Below, piece by piece: positions 7,953 to 17,742 of a DNA stretch of 35,340 nt; within the stretch, counting starts at the first letter, position 1; each line of letters begins with the position of its first letter. A program made the translations under genes and the position numbers. This DNA is from a virus (taxonomy: Duplodnaviria > Caudoviricetes), in the IMG/VR virus record IMGVR_UViG_3300020044_006352, positions 1 to 35,340 of that record; one strand, written 5' to 3'. The notes beneath the pieces were generated by a model that had not been told where the DNA came from, searched no databases, and saw only the letters and a program-made list of their open reading frames with translations.

Positions 7953-10033
7953 AACTCTTTGGGCTTGAAATCTCAAGAGCCAAACAGCTACCACTACCGC
8001 AGCCACGTTCGGCGTATCAAATCGGTGGTGGGGCTACGTTTGAACTGAACCAATCATTTGCCGAGCTTGTTAAGCAGGGCATGTATCAAAACGCCGCAGT
8101 ACAGGGCTGTATCTCGGCATACACCATGACGCTATCAGAGCCGCCGTTGTATGTTATGCAAAACGGCGTGGAGCAAGAAGAGCATCCGCTGACCAAACTA
8201 TTGCAGAAACCAAACAAAGCAATGTCAGGCGCGCAGCTGCTATCGTTCATTGCGTCGTATGTATCCATCGGCGGCAACTGCTATGTGGTCAAAGTGCGCG
8301 GCGCGCAAGGCAACGTGGTCGGACTCTATCCATACCATGATGGGCAGATCAGCCCAGTACCGAGCCAGTACGAATGGATTGACCACTACGAATACAAAGT
8401 GGACAATGTTACCAAGATCATACCGGCTGACGATGTTATCCATTTCCGCAGCCACATCATCGACCCGCTAAGGCCTCACAAGGGCATGAGCCCGATTTTG
8501 GCAGCGGCGCGTGGTGTGGACATCTACGGCGAAATGGAAAAGATCATCTACTCGACACTGAAGAACGACGGTATGCCGCGGGGCCTATTATCATTCCCAC
8601 CTGAAGCGGCAATGAACGCACAGCAGATTGATCTTATTCGTGAGCAGTTTGGCGATAACTACGGCGGTGCTAAGCGAGGGCGCACGGCGGTGCTGTCAGG
8701 TGGCGCAACCTACGAGCGACTGTCATTTAACCTCGAGGAATTGCAGGCGGACAACATCATCAGCCGAGCAGAGGTAGCGATATGCCAAGCCTTCCGCGTG
8801 CATCCGCTTGTGGCGATGACGTATGCAGGGCTTATGAACTCCACCTACTCCAACATGGAGGAAGCATTCAAGCAATTCACCACCTTGACACGCGTACCGA
8901 TTTGGAACGCATGGGAAGAAACATTCGAGCAAGGTTTTGCAAAGGAATACCCCGATATTGAACTTGAGTTCGACATGTCGCACGTCGAAGCTTTGCAGCC
9001 GAGCATGGAATCTGTGCAGGCGTCGGCTATTCAGCAATTTCAAGCCAACATCATTACCCAAAACGAAGCCCGCGTACTCTTAGGGCAAGCGCCGATCATT
9101 GAAGGTGATGTGTTTACTTATCAGCTTAGCCCGATGGCGCCGATCGGAACCGAACCAATCGCACCGCAGCCTGAAGGAACATACGAACCGCCTGAGGTAA
9201 TCGACGAGGACGCGTTCCCGTCTTTCGAAGGTGAGGTGACTCATGACTACCTCGGTAAAGAATACTCTGAGCAATACGAGATGGTCGAATGGAAGCGGCA
9301 GGATGACCGCAACGAACTTTACGTAAAGCGCATTGCAAAGGACTTCGCCAAAGTAGCGGCCGAACTTGAGCGCACGGTACTCACATCGGTGAAGACCCGC
9401 GGCGGCGTATCGGTAAAAGCCGATCCGTTCAACTTTTCCGTTTGGGTGAAGAAGTTTGTCGAGGGCACAAAGCGCAGCTTTAACGCGCTGGTCACGAATG
9501 TGGTAGGTGACAGCTTAGAGCAGGCGGGCACAACGATGGAAGAGTTCGGCAATACGAACTTCGAGGCCGTTTTGAAGGAAGCAACAAACCAATCGACAGC
9601 GCAGATCAGCCTCTCCGTTGGAACCATCCGCGACGAACTGCGCAAGACAATCGAAGAGAATGCGAACTTATCAGCAGAGGAACTATCTCAGGTGATAAAA
9701 GACAAATTCACTACAATCAAAGGGTCAAGAGCTGATCTAATCGGGCAAACAACGACTACTTCATCGGCAGGCAAAGCACAGATAGAAACTTGGAAGAAAC
9801 GCAATAGGCAGATACAAGACCCTAGCAAAAAGATTGTGCCGATATGGACAACCCGCAACGATGCGAGCGTGCGCCCATCACACGTTGCCATAAATCGAAC
9901 ACCTCCTAATTCGGAAGGGTATTGGATACTTAGTGGGCGGCGCCTTAGCCATCCCGGAGATCCCAACGGGCTCCCAAAAGATGTTTGCAAATGTCACTGT
10001 GTTCTAACACCAACACGAGCGGGGCGAATATGA
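7949..10033 (+). CDS. HK97-type portal fused to a Mu gpF / SPP1 gp7-like minor head domain
   Basis: GGNCYV, VIHFR, GMSPI, ICQAFRVHP, TYSNMEE and ITQNEAR (portal). C-terminal W.TRND..VRPSH...HPGDP...CKCHC (gpF-like). Confidence 0.9.
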   Translation: MKLFGLEISRAKQLPLPQPRSAYQIGGGATFELNQSFAELVKQGMYQNAAVQGCISAYTMTLSEPPLYVMQNGVEQEEHPLTKLLQKPNKAMSGAQLLSFIASYVSIGGNCYVVKVRGAQGNVVGLYPYHDGQISPVPSQYEWIDHYEYKVDNVTKIIPADDVIHFRSHIIDPLRPHKGMSPILAAARGVDIYGEMEKIIYSTLKNDGMPRGLLSFPPEAAMNAQQIDLIREQFGDNYGGAKRGRTAVLSGGATYERLSFNLEELQADNIISRAEVAICQAFRVHPLVAMTYAGLMNSTYSNMEEAFKQFTTLTRVPIWNAWEETFEQGFAKEYPDIELEFDMSHVEALQPSMESVQASAIQQFQANIITQNEARVLLGQAPIIEGDVFTYQLSPMAPIGTEPIAPQPEGTYEPPEVIDEDAFPSFEGEVTHDYLGKEYSEQYEMVEWKRQDDRNELYVKRIAKDFAKVAAELERTVLTSVKTRGGVSVKADPFNFSVWVKKFVEGTKRSFNALVTNVVGDSLEQAGTTMEEFGNTNFEAVLKEATNQSTAQISLSVGTIRDELRKTIEENANLSAEELSQVIKDKFTTIKGSRADLIGQTTTTSSAGKAQIETWKKRNRQIQDPSKKIVPIWTTRNDASVRPSHVAINRTPPNSEGYWILSGRRLSHPGDPNGLPKDVCKCHCVLTPTRAGRI

Positions 10034-10224
10034 CCAACCCAACCGAAAACAAGAAACTGAACTGGGAAGACGAGGCAAAACTCCGATCACAGGTGCACAT
10101 GGCGGTCAGATTGTGCATAAATACCGATAACCTAATTGAGGCTTTGCGTGTCTTAAAGCAAGAGCACGTGGATGCGAAGCGTGCTAGAAAAAAAATAGTT
10201 GTAGAAACTAAACAGATTGCGTAG
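10030..10224 (+). CDS. Hypothetical protein (64 aa)
   Basis: ATGA overlap with the portal stop. Fills the gap before the hairpin. Confidence 0.55.
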   Translation: MTNPTENKKLNWEDEAKLRSQVHMAVRLCINTDNLIEALRVLKQEHVDAKRARKKIVVETKQIA

Positions 10225-10284
10225 ATTGTCTGCGTAGTAAGTGTTCGAGACAAAGAGCGCTCTCTGCAACCCACCGTTTCATTG

Positions 10285-10330
10285 CGAAAAGGCGCAATCA
10301 CCTAACTTATAGGCGGTTGCGCCTTTTTCG
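10285..10330 (+). terminator. Long hairpin, terminator-like, possibly bidirectional
   Basis: CGAAAAGGCGCAATCACCTA-actta-TAGGCGGTTGCGCCTTTTTCG. Ends 3 nt before the protease ATG. Confidence 0.6.
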
Positions 10331-10333
10331 TAT

Positions 10334-11089
10334 ATGGAATATAAACATGGCCTCAAGGCCCACATCAAAAGCGCTTCAGAGGGTATCATTGAAGCGGTCG
10401 TCTCTGTTTTCGACAATATCGATTCCTACAACGAGCGAGTTATTCAAGGGGCTTTTACCAAGTCTCTTGAAACCAAGATGCCAAAGGGAGTTTGGATGCA
10501 CAACTGGGAACTTCCTGTTGCCAAGACTCTCGAAGCCATCGAACTCAAGAGCGGCGACCCTCGCCTACCTGAGTCCATCAAAGCATACGGCGGATTATTC
10601 ATCCGCGGCAAATTCAACCTCAACACACAGCGCGGCAAAGAAGCGTTCAGCGATATTGCTGAAGGCATCATTGACGAATTTTCCATCGGCTATACGGTCA
10701 ACTCCGACCAAATGGCGGAAGACGGTGTCCGCGAACTAACAGATGTAAACTTAATGGAGTGGTCTCCGGTGCTGGTCGGTGCGAATCCGGCAACGGCGAT
10801 CCTATCGATGAAATCTCAAATGTCCTTCGACTCCGATGCGGATGCTCTGGTCACAGACATCAAGCGGTTCTTGGAGCGCACGAAGGTACGTGGAGAGATG
10901 AGAGTCAAGGAAGGGCGCAAACTTAGCGCCGCGAACGTTACACGCGTGAATGCTTTTATTGAAACGGTCAAGGCAGGACTTGCCGACCTAGAAGATATGT
11001 TAGCATCCGCACAACCAACAGAAAAGCAGCTCGAATTACGGGCGCGCCAACTGAAACTGAAATATGAACTAATCAAACAAAGACTATGA
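10334..11089 (+). CDS. HK97-type prohead protease
   Basis: IDSYNERVIQGAF, WMHNW (His), FSIGY (Ser) and EWSPV..GANP. Confidence 0.92.
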   Translation: MEYKHGLKAHIKSASEGIIEAVVSVFDNIDSYNERVIQGAFTKSLETKMPKGVWMHNWELPVAKTLEAIELKSGDPRLPESIKAYGGLFIRGKFNLNTQRGKEAFSDIAEGIIDEFSIGYTVNSDQMAEDGVRELTDVNLMEWSPVLVGANPATAILSMKSQMSFDSDADALVTDIKRFLERTKVRGEMRVKEGRKLSAANVTRVNAFIETVKAGLADLEDMLASAQPTEKQLELRARQLKLKYELIKQRL

Positions 11090-12459
11090 CAATGGAAGAA
11101 ATCATTGCAATGCTTGGCGAACTCGCTGCGCAGTTGCAAGTCATTTTAGACGCTGAAGCACCTACACAAGCTCAGCTCGATCAGGCCGATGAACTGGTTA
11201 AGCAAATCGAGAAGCTCGAAGGCGACAAGAAGGCCATCGAAAAGCGCATCGAAATCAAGGCAGCAAACGAAGCACGCCTTGCATCGCTCAAGACACCCGT
11301 ACCGGTAATCCCTTCACCTACCAAAACCGAAACCGTGAACACAGTACACGCAACACCGGCACGTAAGAGCCGCGTATTTGAAAATAACGAAGCCGCTTAC
11401 AAGGCTGGCCGCTTTTTCCAAGCCGCACTTGGCAACTCCGGAGAAGCAAAGCAATGGTGTGAATCAAACGGCGTGGACTTCAAAGCGCTCAGCTCCAATG
11501 TCGAAGGCGGCGCTGGCTTGTTTGTGATCCCCGAAGTTGAGACCGCGATTGTTCGCATGGTCGAAGAGTACGGAATCATCCGTAACTATGCCGACGTGAC
11601 ATCCACAACATCCGATCGCAAGATCAAGTGGAAACGCGCATCGGGCAACACCGCGTACTTTCTCTCTGAGACAGGCACACCGACATCGACCGACGCTCAA
11701 TGGCAGACCATCACACTCACACCGAAGATTTTGGGCGCGCTCACAAAGTACTCCCTGATCTTGGATGCCGATGCATCTGTAAACCTCGCCGACGAAATCA
11801 CACGCGAACTTGCGTATGCTATGGCTATCAAGGAAGATCAGTGCGCGTTCGTTGGTGACGGAACATCGCAGTACGGCGGTATCGTAGGCCTTACCTATGC
11901 ATTCCAAAAGACATTGCAAGATGGCGGCGGAACATGGACAAACGATACACACAAGGGCTACTTGGGTTCGGGTGTTGTTGCATCGGGTAACGCATTCAGC
12001 GAAGTGACCATGCAAGACTTCATTAACGTGAAGAACAAGATCGCTCGCTATCCCGGTATCAACCCCTCATGGTTTATCCACGACGCTGCTGCTGCTGCAA
12101 CAATGGAGCGCCTTATGTATGCTCTTGGCGGCAACGCTGCAGTTGACGCAACAAACGGCGTACCTCAGCGTTTCTTGGGCTATCCTGTTGTGTACGTAAA
12201 CGCGATGCCGAGCACCGAAGCAAACAGCCAAGTATTCGCATTGTTTGGTGATCTGTCACAAGCTTCGATCTTCTGTGATCGTCAGGGCGTAGAGATCGCA
12301 ACCAACACACAATCGGAAACAAACTTCCTCACACGCAGCGCGCAAGTTCTTGGCACCGAGCGCTTCGACTTCATCGTTCACGATAACGGTAACTACAACG
12401 CTACGGCAGCAAACCGTACACGCGGCGCAGTTGCGGCTCTCATTTCACAAAACGCATAA
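11086..12459 (+). CDS. HK97-fold major capsid protein with N-terminal delta (scaffold) domain
   Basis: Coiled-coil N-terminus. GLFVIPE, AFVGDG, FLGYPV, LFGDLS and ERFD motifs. Confidence 0.93.
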   Translation: MTMEEIIAMLGELAAQLQVILDAEAPTQAQLDQADELVKQIEKLEGDKKAIEKRIEIKAANEARLASLKTPVPVIPSPTKTETVNTVHATPARKSRVFENNEAAYKAGRFFQAALGNSGEAKQWCESNGVDFKALSSNVEGGAGLFVIPEVETAIVRMVEEYGIIRNYADVTSTTSDRKIKWKRASGNTAYFLSETGTPTSTDAQWQTITLTPKILGALTKYSLILDADASVNLADEITRELAYAMAIKEDQCAFVGDGTSQYGGIVGLTYAFQKTLQDGGGTWTNDTHKGYLGSGVVASGNAFSEVTMQDFINVKNKIARYPGINPSWFIHDAAAAATMERLMYALGGNAAVDATNGVPQRFLGYPVVYVNAMPSTEANSQVFALFGDLSQASIFCDRQGVEIATNTQSETNFLTRSAQVLGTERFDFIVHDNGNYNATAANRTRGAVAALISQNA

Positions 12460-12477
12460 TCTAAGGAGACCTAAATA

Positions 12478-12933
12478 ATGGCAAACGCACTGCAATCAGT
12501 CAAGTACGTAAACGTAACACCGCCTGCGGCAATTCTCGATAACACAAGCGCGGTAACCAACTCAGTAAACACCGAAGGCTTTGCTTATGCAACCTTCCTC
12601 GTTGAGCTTGGCGCAACCGACATCGCGCTAACCGCGCTGAAGTTGCAGGAATCCGACACCGACGGCTCATATGCCGACATTGTGGGCGCTCGCTTCGGCA
12701 CAGATGCCGATGCTACGGGCACAACATCCACCTTGCCCTCCGCTACCGACGATAACAAAATGTACGCAATCTTCGTTGACCTGAAGGGTCGCAAGAAGTA
12801 CCTTGATTTGGTTATCACCTTTGGCGATGGTACAGCGGGCGGATACGTTGCATCTCAGTGTATCCTATCGGGCGCTGACGTTCAGCCCCACACCGCAACA
12901 GGGCTTGGTCTTGGTCAATACTTAGTAGTGTAA
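12478..12933 (+). CDS. Putative capsid decoration/cement protein
   Basis: Strong TAAGGAG SD. Directly after the capsid gene. Beta-sandwich pattern LQESDT..RKKYL. Confidence 0.55.
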   Translation: MANALQSVKYVNVTPPAAILDNTSAVTNSVNTEGFAYATFLVELGATDIALTALKLQESDTDGSYADIVGARFGTDADATGTTSTLPSATDDNKMYAIFVDLKGRKKYLDLVITFGDGTAGGYVASQCILSGADVQPHTATGLGLGQYLVV

Positions 12934-12942
12934 TTTTTCACG

Positions 12943-12970
12943 GGGGCGGCTAGTCCGCCCCTTAATTTTT
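12943..12970 (+). terminator. Terminator-like hairpin
   Basis: GGGGCGG-ctagt-CCGCCCC followed by TTAATTTTT. Confidence 0.65.
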
Positions 12971-12980
12971 CAGGAATACC

Positions 12981-13385
12981 ATGGCATCCTTCGTAAAATT
13001 TAACCCGTTCGTTGAAGCTTTGGCAGAGAAGGTGCACAACCTTGGAAGCGATCAGCTTACCATCGCGCTGACGAACACGGCACCGAGCGCGTCAAATTCC
13101 GTGCTCACTGACATCACGCAAATCAGCTATACAAACTGTTCCTCACGTAACATCACCACATCATCATCTTCGCAGACAAGTGGCACGTATTCACTTGTAA
13201 CGGCTGACCTAACACTGACGGCATCAGGTGGTACGGTTGGCCCATTTCGTTATGTTGTGCTCTACAACGACACAAGCGCATCGGATAACCTGATCGGATA
13301 TTACGATTACGGCTCATCGATTACGCTCAACGACACCGAGACATTCACCATCGACTTTGGCGCTACCACATTAACGCTCGCATAA
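12981..13385 (+). CDS. Small Ser/Thr-rich structural protein; putative repeating fibre subunit
   Basis: [26 protein letters not shown] and ETFTIDF match a widespread ~130-aa phage fibre-subunit type. Confidence 0.6.
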   Translation: MASFVKFNPFVEALAEKVHNLGSDQLTIALTNTAPSASNSVLTDITQISYTNCSSRNITTSSSSQTSGTYSLVTADLTLTASGGTVGPFRYVVLYNDTSASDNLIGYYDYGSSITLNDTETFTIDFGATTLTLA

Positions 13386-13681
13386 TGATTGATTACACTG
13401 GCGAAATCGTCGGCGATCAAGTTGTATTCACGCTACGACAATTCGAGAACCCGTTATTTGAGACATATACTTCAGATGACGGGTTTTTGTCTATCATGTG
13501 CGTAGGCGGTAAGTCCGATGGCTGGCTTGGCTATGGCGGGCTTCAAATATACCTCTGCGATGAATGTTTGCCGCTTACTCTGCGTACTCCACACTACGAA
13601 CTTGAGCAAGACCTGCTCGACGTGCTGGCAAAGATTGAAAAGAATATGAAGGAGTTAGATCGTGGCGACGTTTTACCTTGA
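13385..13681 (+). CDS. Hypothetical protein (98 aa)
   Basis: TAATG-coupled and sits in-line within the fibre module. Confidence 0.6.
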   Translation: MIDYTGEIVGDQVVFTLRQFENPLFETYTSDDGFLSIMCVGGKSDGWLGYGGLQIYLCDECLPLTLRTPHYELEQDLLDVLAKIEKNMKELDRGDVLP

Positions 13682-15614
13682 CTTTGAAGGTGGCAATGAT
13701 TCCAATGACGGGACAACCTTCGCAAACCGCTGGAAAACTATAACCAGCGGCGCAACTGCCGCGCGCACAGCACCGGGCGATACCATACGCATAATGAAAA
13801 GCCCCGACCCTGTGAGTCTTGGGGTCAACTGTACTTTCACAAAACAAAGCCCCACAATTACGCTTGCAAGCGCGAAAACGCTAAACATAGATACCTGCGA
13901 AACGGCATGGACGGGAGCAACGAACGTAACCCCTACCACAACAACAACAAGAAAAGAAGGATCAAACGCGGTGCAGCTTGCAGTGGCAGCTGCATTTACT
14001 ACGGGGCTAATTGGCTATAAAGCAACAGGCACACTTAACCTATCGGCATACAACAACATATCGTTTTGGATGCGTACATCCATAGCCACTTCCGCGAGTA
14101 CATTCCGAATTGACCTATGTAGTGACACCGCAGGTGCAACGCCTGTGCATTCATTTACTATTGATACGGCATTTGGCGCAAACATTTGGAAACCGATAAC
14201 CTTCAAAAACGGATCGGCGCTTTCAAGTTCCATTCAGTCGGTAGCATTGACCGCCTTACTCGATCCCGGCACAAGCAACGTGCTGATCGATAACATCTTT
14301 GCCTGCAATGACCTACATGTAAACGCTCTCATTGGCACATCGTCATCAGCAACGAATATGGTATGGTATCCGATACGTTCAGTTAATGATACTACAGTGA
14401 TAATTGAACAAGAACAAAACAACATTCAGGGATCAAACACAAGTAGAGGATGGCACGATACAACTACAACCACAACAGCGTATGTAAGAGATACGATTAG
14501 ACTAACCTCGCAACAAACAATGAATGAGGCAGGTACTGCAACTGCTCGCATAATCTATTCAGGTGGATGGGATCGTACTAATATGAGTACGCAGGATGGA
14601 GCAACATTTCTACAGGCAGATCGCAACATAAACACAAGTTTTTGTATCAATACTAATGGATTTTCCAATATTGATATAAATAAACTTTGTGTTTTATGGG
14701 GCGCAAGTCCGTTTTCGGCAAGTGGAAGAAATTTAAGATTTTACAACTGCTCAAGCTATGCTTGTAATACTACATTTACAATGACGGCAGATAGTTATCT
14801 TGAGAATTACACAGGAATCAGCAATTTCGTGGTGCCACTATCACCGACAGCATCCTGTTTGCAAAGCCCAAATACATTTAGTAATAATGGGGCTGGTATC
14901 GCTACATCTGCATATTGTGTTTTGAACGATGTGATTTCAAATAACAATAATACTTTTGGAGTTAATATAAACGGAATTACAAGTGGTCAAAACTTCGTTC
15001 TTCGTGACAATGGCGCACAGGCTATCAGCCTTGTGGGTTGTTTAGAACTAAACGGGCTGACAACATCAGGCAATGTTAACGCAGTAGCTATATCTGGTCT
15101 TTTGCGTCTAAATAATGCTAGTATATCAGAGGCGACTCCTTTCAGCAATCAAAACACAATGCCTGCAATTAAAGCTTCAAGATATTCAACATACGCAGGG
15201 TATCAGTATGTAAATTCAGCTAATACTGTTACTGACGTAAATACACCTGTTCACGGAACGGCAACGCGGTCTTATGCGCATAGTCCTACTGCTGACCATT
15301 TCACAAATATGCCAATCGTGCAACCACTGCAACCGTTTGCCGTCGGCGCATCGACACTTGTAACGTTCAAGATTTGGGTTTACCGTACATCGACGAATGT
15401 AGAAGGCCGTGTACGATTGAAGAAATACGTTACTCCTGGCATAGACGCTGATGTAACGGCAACAATCACAGCCGCAATCGACACATGGCAGGAATTATCG
15501 GTAACCTGCACACCATCGGCGGCTGGCGTGGTGCAGATTGACCTTGAAAGTTACTCGGTAGCGGGTTCAACGGGAACAGTTTACTTTGGTGATGCAACCG
15601 TAACGCAAGCATAA
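13662..15614 (+). CDS. Beta-helix (pectin-lyase-like) adhesin/fibre tip with jelly-roll (CBM-like) domains
   Basis: GTG start with AAGGAG SD. YLDFEGGNDSNDGT..WKTI cap motif. Asn-ladder region SNNGAGI/SNNNNTFGV. C-terminal WQELSVT...VYFGD. Confidence 0.65.
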   Translation: MATFYLDFEGGNDSNDGTTFANRWKTITSGATAARTAPGDTIRIMKSPDPVSLGVNCTFTKQSPTITLASAKTLNIDTCETAWTGATNVTPTTTTTRKEGSNAVQLAVAAAFTTGLIGYKATGTLNLSAYNNISFWMRTSIATSASTFRIDLCSDTAGATPVHSFTIDTAFGANIWKPITFKNGSALSSSIQSVALTALLDPGTSNVLIDNIFACNDLHVNALIGTSSSATNMVWYPIRSVNDTTVIIEQEQNNIQGSNTSRGWHDTTTTTTAYVRDTIRLTSQQTMNEAGTATARIIYSGGWDRTNMSTQDGATFLQADRNINTSFCINTNGFSNIDINKLCVLWGASPFSASGRNLRFYNCSSYACNTTFTMTADSYLENYTGISNFVVPLSPTASCLQSPNTFSNNGAGIATSAYCVLNDVISNNNNTFGVNINGITSGQNFVLRDNGAQAISLVGCLELNGLTTSGNVNAVAISGLLRLNNASISEATPFSNQNTMPAIKASRYSTYAGYQYVNSANTVTDVNTPVHGTATRSYAHSPTADHFTNMPIVQPLQPFAVGASTLVTFKIWVYRTSTNVEGRVRLKKYVTPGIDADVTATITAAIDTWQELSVTCTPSAAGVVQIDLESYSVAGSTGTVYFGDATVTQA

Positions 15615-17401
15615 TGGCACTACCTACCAATTTACCATTACTTGACTACAACCTTTACGGCTCTCCGTTATTGCCGCAGAGTAAGTCAACTATTGATTTA
15701 GAACTGCTCGACTTCGTGCAGTTTGGTAGTCCGTTTGCTGCTAACAACATAGCTATTGGCGGAACCGCCTACACAATGACGGCCGATAGCGGCACGTTCA
15801 GGCTATCGATGACGGCCGCGGGGCTACGGACTGCCCGTAAGATGACGGCGGCAAACGGAGCGTTCAACGAGGCAGGTCAGGACGTCAACCTTCGTCGCGG
15901 CTACTCGATGACGGCGGAGAACGGAGCGTTCAATGAGGCAGGTCAGGACGTCGGACTACGAATCGGCCGCAAAATGACTGCGGCAAATGGGGCATTCACG
16001 TTATCAATGACCGATGCCGGTCTTAAAGCCGGTCGCAAGGTCGCAGCTAATAACGGAGCGTTCACGCTATCCATGACGGATGCCAACTTCCGTCGCGGTT
16101 TCTCAATGACGGCGGCGAACGGAACGTTCACGCTATCCATGACAGCGGCTGGGCTCAAAGTAACCCGCCAAATGAGTGCCGGCAGTGGAGCGTACTCGTT
16201 ATCCATGACGGATGCAACGCTTCGCTACGCACGAAAGATGACGGCCGGCAACGGTTTGTTTACGTTATCGCTGACAGATGCCGCGCTAAAAGTAGGGCGC
16301 AAGGTTGCTGCCGATAATGGAGCGTACACGCTATCCGTGACGGATGCCACGTTTAGGGCAGTCCGCAAAATGACCGCAGGTAATGGTGCATTTGTACTCA
16401 CGGGCCAAGATGTATCGCTAACTAAGGTAGGAGCTTTTGAGTTACTTGCGGAGAACGGATCGTTTACGTTCACCGGCACGGATGCGAGCCTGAAAGTAAC
16501 CCGCAAAATGACGGCAGCAACCACGTCATTCACGTTAGTAGGCCAAACGATTAATCTTGTACGCGGCCGCATCATGATCGCGTCATCGGTATCGTTTACG
16601 CTAGGCATGACCGGTGCGCAGTTGAAAGCGGGGCGCAAAGTTGCCGCGGGCAATGCTTCGTTCACGCTATCCATGACCGATGCTGTACTCAGTCGCACGC
16701 GCAAGCTCGTTGCCGAATCTGCATCGTTAGTGCTAAGCATGACAGATGCAGCACTTCGTGTAACCCGCGAAATGACGGTAGGCAATGCAGCGTTCACGCT
16801 ATCGATGACGGATGCGAATCTCATCCGTGTGCGCAAGTTGATCGCTGAATCCGCAACGCTCGTGTTATCCATGACGGCTGCTGGACTAAAGACCACGCGC
16901 AAAATGGCTGCGGATAGTGCATCCTTTGCACTTACCATGACGGCGTCGACGCTTTTCCGTGGATGGCAGATGATCGCGGCATCCGCATCCTACGCTCTTA
17001 CGGGTACGCAGGCGGGGCTAAAGGCAGGGCGCAAGGTTACGGCAGAGTCCACCGTTTTCACGCTCACAGGGCAAAATGCGGGGCTAAAAACGAGCCGCCA
17101 AATGCCTGTGGATGTTGGCAATTACGTGGTAACTCCATCGGGCGTAATTTTGCGCGCAAATCATCGCGTTCAGTCCGGCTCCGGTTCGTATATTCTCGCA
17201 GGTCAGGATGTCAGTTTTGACAACACAATCAGCGTCGTCACCGTAACCGGAGCGATCAAACTTGTGCCTAATAATCTGATGTATACAGTGCGTGATCTTG
17301 GCATCAAAGAAGCCATATCAAGTCAGGTGACAAACGCGAGAGCGCAGACAAACAAAGAAGCGGTGCCGCACGCATCGCAACAACTAATGGTGAGGGCATA
17401 A
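15614..17401 (+). CDS. Tandem-repeat structural protein (putative fibre scaffold/ruler)
   Basis: 22 consecutive ~22-aa units of type MTAxNGAFTLSMTDAxLxxxRK. Confidence 0.8.
   Translation: MALPTNLPLLDYNLYGSPLLPQSKSTIDLELLDFVQFGSPFAANNIAIGGTAYTMTADSGTFRLSMTAAGLRTARKMTAANGAFNEAGQDVNLRRGYSMTAENGAFNEAGQDVGLRIGRKMTAANGAFTLSMTDAGLKAGRKVAANNGAFTLSMTDANFRRGFSMTAANGTFTLSMTAAGLKVTRQMSAGSGAYSLSMTDATLRYARKMTAGNGLFTLSLTDAALKVGRKVAADNGAYTLSVTDATFRAVRKMTAGNGAFVLTGQDVSLTKVGAFELLAENGSFTFTGTDASLKVTRKMTAATTSFTLVGQTINLVRGRIMIASSVSFTLGMTGAQLKAGRKVAAGNASFTLSMTDAVLSRTRKLVAESASLVLSMTDAALRVTREMTVGNAAFTLSMTDANLIRVRKLIAESATLVLSMTAAGLKTTRKMAADSASFALTMTASTLFRGWQMIAASASYALTGTQAGLKAGRKVTAESTVFTLTGQNAGLKTSRQMPVDVGNYVVTPSGVILRANHRVQSGSGSYILAGQDVSFDNTISVVTVTGAIKLVPNNLMYTVRDLGIKEAISSQVTNARAQTNKEAVPHASQQLMVRA
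15776..17233 (+). repeat. Intragenic ~66-bp tandem repeat, 22 units
   Basis: Counted from the translation; unit 10 is 24 aa. DNA-level similarity is visible, e.g. TTCACGCTATCCATGAC. Confidence 0.85.
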
Positions 17402-17742
17402 TGGCCACTGAAATCTACAGAAAAAAAGGCGATACCGCAAAGCTCAAAGTCACTCTCATCGATGACAACGGCCCGATCGACCTCACAGGTTGCACCGTTG
17501 TGTTCACGATGACTAGCACGGCGGGCACGGTGAAAGTAAACAAGCAGTCATGCGCTTTGTTGGATCAAAGCCAGGCGGCAACGCGCGGACAGGTGACGTA
17601 CTTGTTTACATCCTCACAGGTTAACACATCGGGTAAGTATTACGGCGAATGGCAGATCAATTTTCAGAACGGAGAAATACAGACGATACCTGCGGCGCCC
17701 GATCCTTACGTTTTCATCATCATTAAAGACACACTGGTTTAA
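17401..17742 (+). CDS. BppU N-terminal-like Ig domain protein (fibre anchor)
   Basis: KKGDT..L.VTL.D.NGPIDLTG.TVVF...G.V.Y...G.Y.GEWQI.F..G.IQTIP. Confidence 0.7.
   Translation: MATEIYRKKGDTAKLKVTLIDDNGPIDLTGCTVVFTMTSTAGTVKVNKQSCALLDQSQAATRGQVTYLFTSSQVNTSGKYYGEWQINFQNGEIQTIPAAPDPYVFIIIKDTLV

Noticed and set aside
10217-10248. Late promoter upstream of the protease gene (TGCGTAG direct repeats)
   Set aside because: No TAnnTTTG at the proper spacing. Two 7-mers are too little evidence.
15943-16938. Minus-strand repeat ORFs (87 and 237 aa)
   Set aside because: Antisense shadows of the 66-bp repeat gene, with no start signals.
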